The position numbers and the translations under genes are program-made. Shown in pieces: positions 57,050 through 64,000 of a stretch of DNA of 64,000 bases (the first letter of the stretch is position 1; each line of letters begins with the position of its first letter). This stretch comes from Chrysomallon squamiferum (lineage: Eukaryota; Animalia; Mollusca): positions 7,750,001-7,814,000 of the forward strand of contig CM022676.1 of assembly GCA_012295275.1 (NCBI GenBank). Reading direction: 5' to 3'. Under the pieces are notes generated by a model. That model did not search any database and was not told the origin of the DNA. It was given only the letters and a program-made list of their open reading frames with translations.

Positions 57050-58632
57050 CTGAAACCTGGAATCAAGTTATGTTTTCGTTTACATAAAAATTGTTATGTG
57101 CAGAGATAAAAATTAAAATATATGTGTGTATTTGTGTGTGTGTGTGTGCAGTTGTGTTTGTGTGTGCCTCTGTGTTTTTGTATGTGAGTACATACATGCA
57201 TATATACATATATACAAACATACGCAGAAACAAATGCATATCATATAATTCAAAAAGTCAATATGTTTAAGTGTATATTTTTGCATATACGTTATCTCTT
57301 GCATATCTATCTATGCATTTACACGTAAGAAGGTGTTTCTATAGATACATCGACATGTAAATGTGTATGTGTATATAGGTGCACATACTATGTATGCGTA
57401 TATATTCATATAATATATGTATATGTCTATGAATGTATGTATGTATGTATGCATGCATTTATGTATGTTTGTGAATTTTAGGATTTGAATATTCTCTGTC
57501 TTATATACATCTAAATAGACTCTGCACATAGGCAATATTCGGTAAAATATGTTTCTGAATAACCGTTATCATCGCTGTTTATATTTGTGTGTGTGTTGGT
57601 GTGTATGTATGTAAGTGTGTGTTTGTGTTCATGTAAATATATATATTTATATTTATGTATGTATGTGTTATGTGCGTCTGTATGTGTTATGTGTGTGTGT
57701 GTATGTGTGTGTGTTGAACTTACCAGAATCCGGAGCAATACTGTAGGAAACATGTTGATTTGTGCTGATTCTGATATTTAACACACACACACATACACAT
57801 AAAATACATACATACGTACATATATTTATCAGTATCTGAGTTAATGTCATTTAGCAACTGTGAAATCTGGGTGGAGTCAACATTATGTTTGGATGATGAT
57901 TAAGTCCTGGAAAGCAGAACAGTTGGATAATGTTCGTAATGATGCAGTGTAAGATAATTCAGTGTTAATTATTACGTGTATCACTGTGTAACAACAGTCA
58001 GATATTGTACCGCAGTATATTTTAATACAATGAATTTATGATTACGCCTATAGGACCAGTTTATAAATAAGATTATGATTTAATAACACTTGATTTTTAT
58101 ATTCTATTCCTAACCAGCTTAGACTTAGGTTTTCTCTGTATAATTTGTTTATACACTAAACTTCGATAGCTTCACTCAGTGACGCAAAACAGTGTCTAGA
58201 TTGAACTGGAATGAAGTACAGTGATAATAATATAACTTAAAGTTATATCAAACAATATAATAAGATACTTTACAATATAATATAATATTGCACGATGTAA
58301 TATCATAAGAACACAATAGAAACATATACAGTGACTTGGCAGAAAGAATATTAGGTGTTTGGGGTCACATTTTTTGTGCGTCTTCTTCCATCCATGGCTG
58401 GTTTTAAACAGACTTGTAGAGATACAATATATCAGATTAAAACTGACCAAGTCATGTCAGGCGGTAAGAAATAAAACTGACAAACAGCCAAATTCAAAAT
58501 GGCCGCCCTTTATCTGTTGACAATACCCAGTTTATTATGAAATATCACCTGAGAATTTGCACAAACATTTTTCATTTTTAAAAATGAACACACACACACA
58601 CACAAACATACACATATACAAATCTGTGTTTG

Positions 58633-58670
<38 letters not shown>

Positions 58671-59019
58671 GAACATATAAAGATGAGCATACGCACATAC
58701 ATATGTATTTACTCACCTACTTACTTACAAAGAAAAAAGAAATACATTCAGCATACATACATGCATGGATACATACTACATACATACATACATACATACA
58801 TATACATACATACATATATACATACATACGTAACCACTTATCTACATACACATTGCTATAATATAAATAAATACATACGTACATATATGCACACAGGCAT
58901 AACCTCCGGAAAAAACATTACACCCCACAAACAAATAAAAACAAAACCCCTCAAAAAACGTACTGAACAAAATCAAGTATTCAAAATATAACGGGAGTAA
59001 AACTATAAAGTGGGGAAAA

Positions 59020-59070
<51 letters not shown>

Positions 59071-60237
59071 GCAACAACAACGACAACAAAAAAACCCCAC
59101 GAAAACAAACAAACGAAAAAGAAAAATCAAACAGAGATTGAATAACAGGTTCAGGCTGAAAGCTTAGTAAATGTGATTGTGAGAAATGAGTTTTGAAAGA
59201 AAATAAGACAGAACAATAACAAATCAAAATGCAGACGAATAGTTTACGTAAAGTCGTTGAATATTTTGATATCAGAGACTGGTGTATGTTAAGAATGGTA
59301 CGACAGATACGTCGATTACAGAAACGAATAGAAACATTGTTATTTTGCACATTTTTATATAATTATGTAGGTTATATGTGTATGAATACACACACGGATT
59401 TAGATGTATACTCAAAAAATAAGAATACAGCACGCACGCACACACACACACACACACACACACATTCTTGTATAACCGAACGCAATAGAAAGACTAGGCT
59501 ACACAATAATTTGGCAGAAAGAGTATCATGTGCTTTGGGTTAGATCTTTTGTGCGTCGTCTTCCATCCATTGCTGGTTTTAGAGTGTAGAGTTACAACAT
59601 AACACAGTAAAACGGGTTTGTTTGTCATGACAGAAGAAACAGAACTTGACAAGCAGCCAAATTCAAAATGGCCGCCCTTTGTCTCTTTGCAGCACCCAGT
59701 TTATTATTAAATATCACGTGAGAATTTGCAAAAACATTTCTCATTATTAAAAACGAACAAAACGGCGGGCGCGCGCAGACACACACACACAAATGTACAA
59801 ATATACATACATACATATAAACATAAACGAACATAAGCACATGCACATATATTTACTTACCTACTTACATAGATAGGCACATACAAAAAACCAAACAAAA
59901 AAACCCCAACAACACAACAACAAACAAACACCTTCAGCATACATATATGCATACATACATACATTCATACATACGTAACAACTTATCTACATACCTGCAA
60001 ATACACAAATACATATTTCTGTAATATAAAATACCTACATACGTGCACATATACACCCAGACATAAACCCCCGTCGAAAAAAAAAAAAAAAAAAAAAAAA
60101 AACATAACAAGTCTAAGATATGGATTCAGTTCAGTGAATTTAATTTATTAATAAAAATGTATAACAATCCAGAGGTTAATTTAATTATATTTACATTTTA
60201 TTTTATTTTATTTTATTTTATTTATTTATAATTTAAG

Positions 60238-60559
60238 GTCAGTATTATATGTTAACAACATCAGACAGATGTGCAGTTTTTGGATCTCCTTTTACTTCTA
60301 CTTGTCGAGAAATTCGTTCTCCGATTCTTTGTTTTATTATTGCTTGGTTTGTGAATAACACAGAATGCAAGATGCATGAACTAAATGGACAAGGTCAGTG
60401 TCGTTTTCTTAATGAACATCCAGATAAATACATTTTTTAACTGTCTTTTTGAACGATTCATTCTCATAGTAAAGTCTGTCAAAATCAGTCAACATGGTAC
60501 AGTACGGAGATATAATGAATATGGACGACGAAACAATGAAATAAAACTTGAAGTGAGAG
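60238..60559 (+). pseudogene. V-like Ig exon pseudogene
   Basis: Splice sites retained but 322 nt (+1 frameshift in a T run near 60435). F-strand WxC replaced by RRY. Ends NEIKLEVR. Confidence 0.85.
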
Positions 60560-61601
60560 GTAAAATTAACTTTATTTTTAATATTATTACTATACGTATT
60601 GTATTAAAACAACAACAACAAGTTCGTCAATTTCGGTATGAAGCATTTGCCTCATTTGCCACAGTGTTGTTACGGCCATATATGTATACTTTTATATATA
60701 TGTGTGTCTGTATGTATGCGTATGTGTATGTGTACGAGAGCACACAGGTAGAATCATACGTTGTTACATAGATAATTACATATTTACAAATACCTAGGCA
60801 GTGAGTTGGATGGACGGATAGATGAACAGAATGATCGAAAGAATGACAGAAACAAATGAACACTGGCAGACTATTGTCTATGTGCAAAGTCTAACGAGAC
60901 GTAAATAAGACAGAGAACATTCCGATCCTAAAATACATATTACATATTTGCCAGTGACAGGTTCCCCACAAGAAAAAAAAAAAAAAAATAAAAATGACTA
61001 AAGAAAATATCAACGGAAAATTACAAAAGACAAAAAACGGTGTGCTTCGTGGGAGAATATTCAAATATGAAAAGAACATACTTGGCAGTGAATGGTTTAA
61101 CACAGAAAAAAAAATGTGAAAATAGATGCAATTATGTAAGCTAAGTGTGACGGATACAGAAGTTTCCTGTTTAATATGTAGTAGATGTCAGATTTCCTTA
61201 AACATTATATAAGATTTGGTGAGGCGTTATTTTGGGACCCAGTAGTATCTGCATGTCTACTAAAGTTCCAACCAGTCTCGGCACTAGCCTGAGACAGCAA
61301 TGTTAACAGACCTCTTCTTTGATCTTTCCTAGGCAGTAAAAGCAGAGGTCGGGGGCGGGGGATAAAGTTTACACCGTACACGTCAGACGTCTGACTAATT
61401 GTCAGCTGGACAGTTATATAGATCCAGTTTAAGTAACTGAAAGGTAGTTTGATGTGGCTTTCCAACAAATATATACATATGTGGGGGTATCCGATATGGG
61501 ACCTATGTGTGCAGTATATTGTATCACGTTTTTGTACACTAGAAACAAAACAAATGCAAGACACTTTCAAAAACTGCATTCGCACTAGCGTACGAACTAC
61601 T

Positions 61602-61706
61602 GGCACTGACTAGTATCACGAGATATGAAGATGGCGTCTACACGTGCACTGCTGTTAATACGAATACGAATGAAAGAGCACATAAATAAATTTTATTCAC
61701 GTTACG
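61602..61706 (+). pseudogene. 3' fragment of a C2 exon
   Basis: ALTSITRYEDGVYTCTAVNTNTNERAHK*, followed by a GTGAGT donor as in 3649. Confidence 0.75.
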
Positions 61707-61921
61707 TGTGAGTTTTAATTAATTTTATTTAGCATTTAATTTTGAATACAAATCATAAAAATGTTTATAAAAGATATCTGAATAGGAAGATAGACAGACA
61801 GAAAGAGATAGCTATATATCCATAAGAAATAGATAGATGCATGTTTATATATATAAATATATATATATAAATAGATAGACAAGAATATATAAACATAACA
61901 CATACACACAGAGATACAGAT

Positions 61922-62011
<90 letters not shown>

Positions 62012-62248
62012 TCAGATAAAGGCAAACAGACAAACGGATGGACAGATAAATATATAAACTAATATAAATTAATAATAATAATAATAATATATATAGATAT
62101 ATATATATCTATATATACATATATGATGATGATGATTATTATGATAATGATGAGGATCATATTGATAATAACAGAAAAAACAAATATCATTGATTTATTT
62201 ATCTTTAATTTTTAATTATTTATTTATTTATTTATTTTATTATTATTA

Positions 62249-62297
<49 letters not shown>

Positions 62298-62344
62298 GTT
62301 TATTTATTTATTTATTTATTTATTATTATTATTTTTTTTTACAG

Positions 62345-62598
62345 ACGGTCCCGATAACTCACTTCGAGTCAGTTCTTCATCTGACATCACAGTAGAGGAA
62401 GGAAGTGACGTCACAATATCATGCAACGCCGATTGCGCTATCAAATGCTTTTATAGATGGGAACTGAACAATGAAATTGTCAGTAACAACAGTCTGCTAG
62501 CACTGACTAATGTCACGATATTTCATGATGGCGTCTACACATGCACTGCTGTTAATCCGGATACGAGCCAAACAGCAGATACCAAAATTATTAGGGAG
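62345..62598 (+). CDS. C2/I-type Ig exon (3' end and donor altered; possibly pseudo)
   Basis: tttacAG then GPDNSLRVSSSSDITVEEGSDVTISCNADCAIKCFYRWELNNEIVSNNSLLALTNVTIFHDGVYTCTAVNPDTSQTADTKII. Lacks the paralog's INVK-GTGAGT end. Confidence 0.6.
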
Positions 62599-62720
62599 GT
62601 AGACAGAAATAGATGGATATACATATTTACAGATAGACTGAATGATGTATCTGAGTATATGTATATATGTAAATGTTTAGGAATTTATGTTATTGATTTT
62701 ATGTATGTATGTTTGTATAT

Positions 62721-62757
<37 letters not shown>

Positions 62758-63114
62758 CATGTGTGTATATATATATGTATCTATATATGTGTATAGGTAT
62801 GCATATATATGTCCATGACAATGGAGATTATTATTATTATTATGATGATGATGATGAACATCATTTTTAAATTCATTTTATTTTGCATTTAATTTTGAAT
62901 ACCGTTCGTGAAATGCTTATATAAAGATATCTGAATAGGAAGATAGATAGATGGATATATGTATTTTATACGTAAGAATAAAGGTCCTTATATATGTACG
63001 GGTTGACGAATGGATGTTATTATTTTTTACTGCTTGTCTGTCTGTACATACGTACGCATGTGTGTGTATGTATGTGTGTGTATGTATATATGTATACATG
63101 TATGTATGTATGTA

Positions 63115-63147
<33 letters not shown>

Positions 63148-63382
63148 CTGTGTATAAGTATACGAATGCATATATATGTACACAGATAAATAGATAATTA
63201 TATAGAAAAGAAAAGAGTGTGTTAAATCAGAATTTTTGGACAATAGTCGACGGAGAAAGTGAAATAAATAAATACACACAAAAAAGCCTTAATAGAAAGA
63301 TAACAATAGCAAATAAATACCTATTCTGTGAAGATATATTAATAATTTTTTGTTAAGGGCAGTGAAAACTAAAATACTGAAA

Positions 63383-63440
63383 ATGAGTTTTACGTTATTC
63401 TGTGTGTTTATGTCACTGGGAGGCGTTTTGTACGTACAAG
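63383..63440 (+). CDS. Signal peptide exon of a further Ig receptor gene continuing beyond the window
   Basis: MSFTLFCVFMSLGGVLYVQ(G) with GTATGT. The downstream intron is an inverted paralog of 33990-34375. Confidence 0.75.
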
Positions 63441-63778
63441 GTATGTATTTGATATTCTTTCTTTTGTTTTCTTTCTTTCTTTCTTTTGTTTTCTTTCTTT
63501 CTTTCTTTCTTTATTATTATTATTTTTTGTTATTGATTTAAATGTGAAGTCTGGGTGGACTCGCCACTGTTTTTGAATGACTAACGTAAAATGAAATGTT
63601 TAACTGTCAGTTCAACTCTTTGAAATATGTTTAGGAAAATATTAAACAATAACATAACATAGTATAACAAAACATGACAGTCCATAACGAAGCGTTGCGT
63701 AACATAATTAACATAATGTAATACAATTGAAAAATATATTGAAAAAAGCATAAAATAATAATAATAATAATAATAATG

Positions 63779-63841
<63 letters not shown>

Positions 63842-63934
63842 GTAATAATAAAAACCCAACGCAACATATAACCTAACAGTAAAAATAAATATAAAAATAA
63901 TTTTAATTTTAATTTTTCTTATTATAATTGAATT

Positions 63935-63967
<33 letters not shown>

Positions 63968-64000
63968 TATTATTATTAATTTTATTTTATTTTATTTTTA

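Noticed and set aside
61205-61606. 133-aa ORF in higher-complexity DNA
   Set aside because: No recognisable domain or splice context; probably a repeat remnant.

Overview
This is AT-rich, microsatellite-dense eukaryotic DNA, probably from an invertebrate and plausibly a mollusc (inference only), with one 200-N assembly gap. Most ORFs in the supplied track are microsatellite artefacts; the real genes are split into short exons that I spliced by hand. The window is a duplicated cluster of immunoglobulin-superfamily type I membrane receptor genes: signal peptide, V-like Ig, C2/I-like Ig, TM and cytoplasmic tail, joined by phase-1 introns. It contains intact, partial and pseudogene copies on both strands. 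The most striking structure is about 18 copies of a 113-nt phase-1 terminal exon, mostly in two tandem arrays (24.2-29.3 kb and 44.9-50.8 kb). Nine copies encode an intact ITAM-type motif (ENLYxxL-x8-YExL) whose second half also fits the ITIM consensus. Several others stay in frame but have lost one or both tyrosines. This suggests a cassette of interchangeable signalling tails. An intact 6-exon, 510-aa CABIT + proline-rich + SAM adaptor gene (THEMIS/GAREM-like) sits inside the cluster. Also present are Tc1, pogo/Tigger-like, hAT and Ginger/KRBA2-like transposon remnants, a hairpin-unit satellite, a 19-bp minisatellite and direct and inverted segmental duplications.
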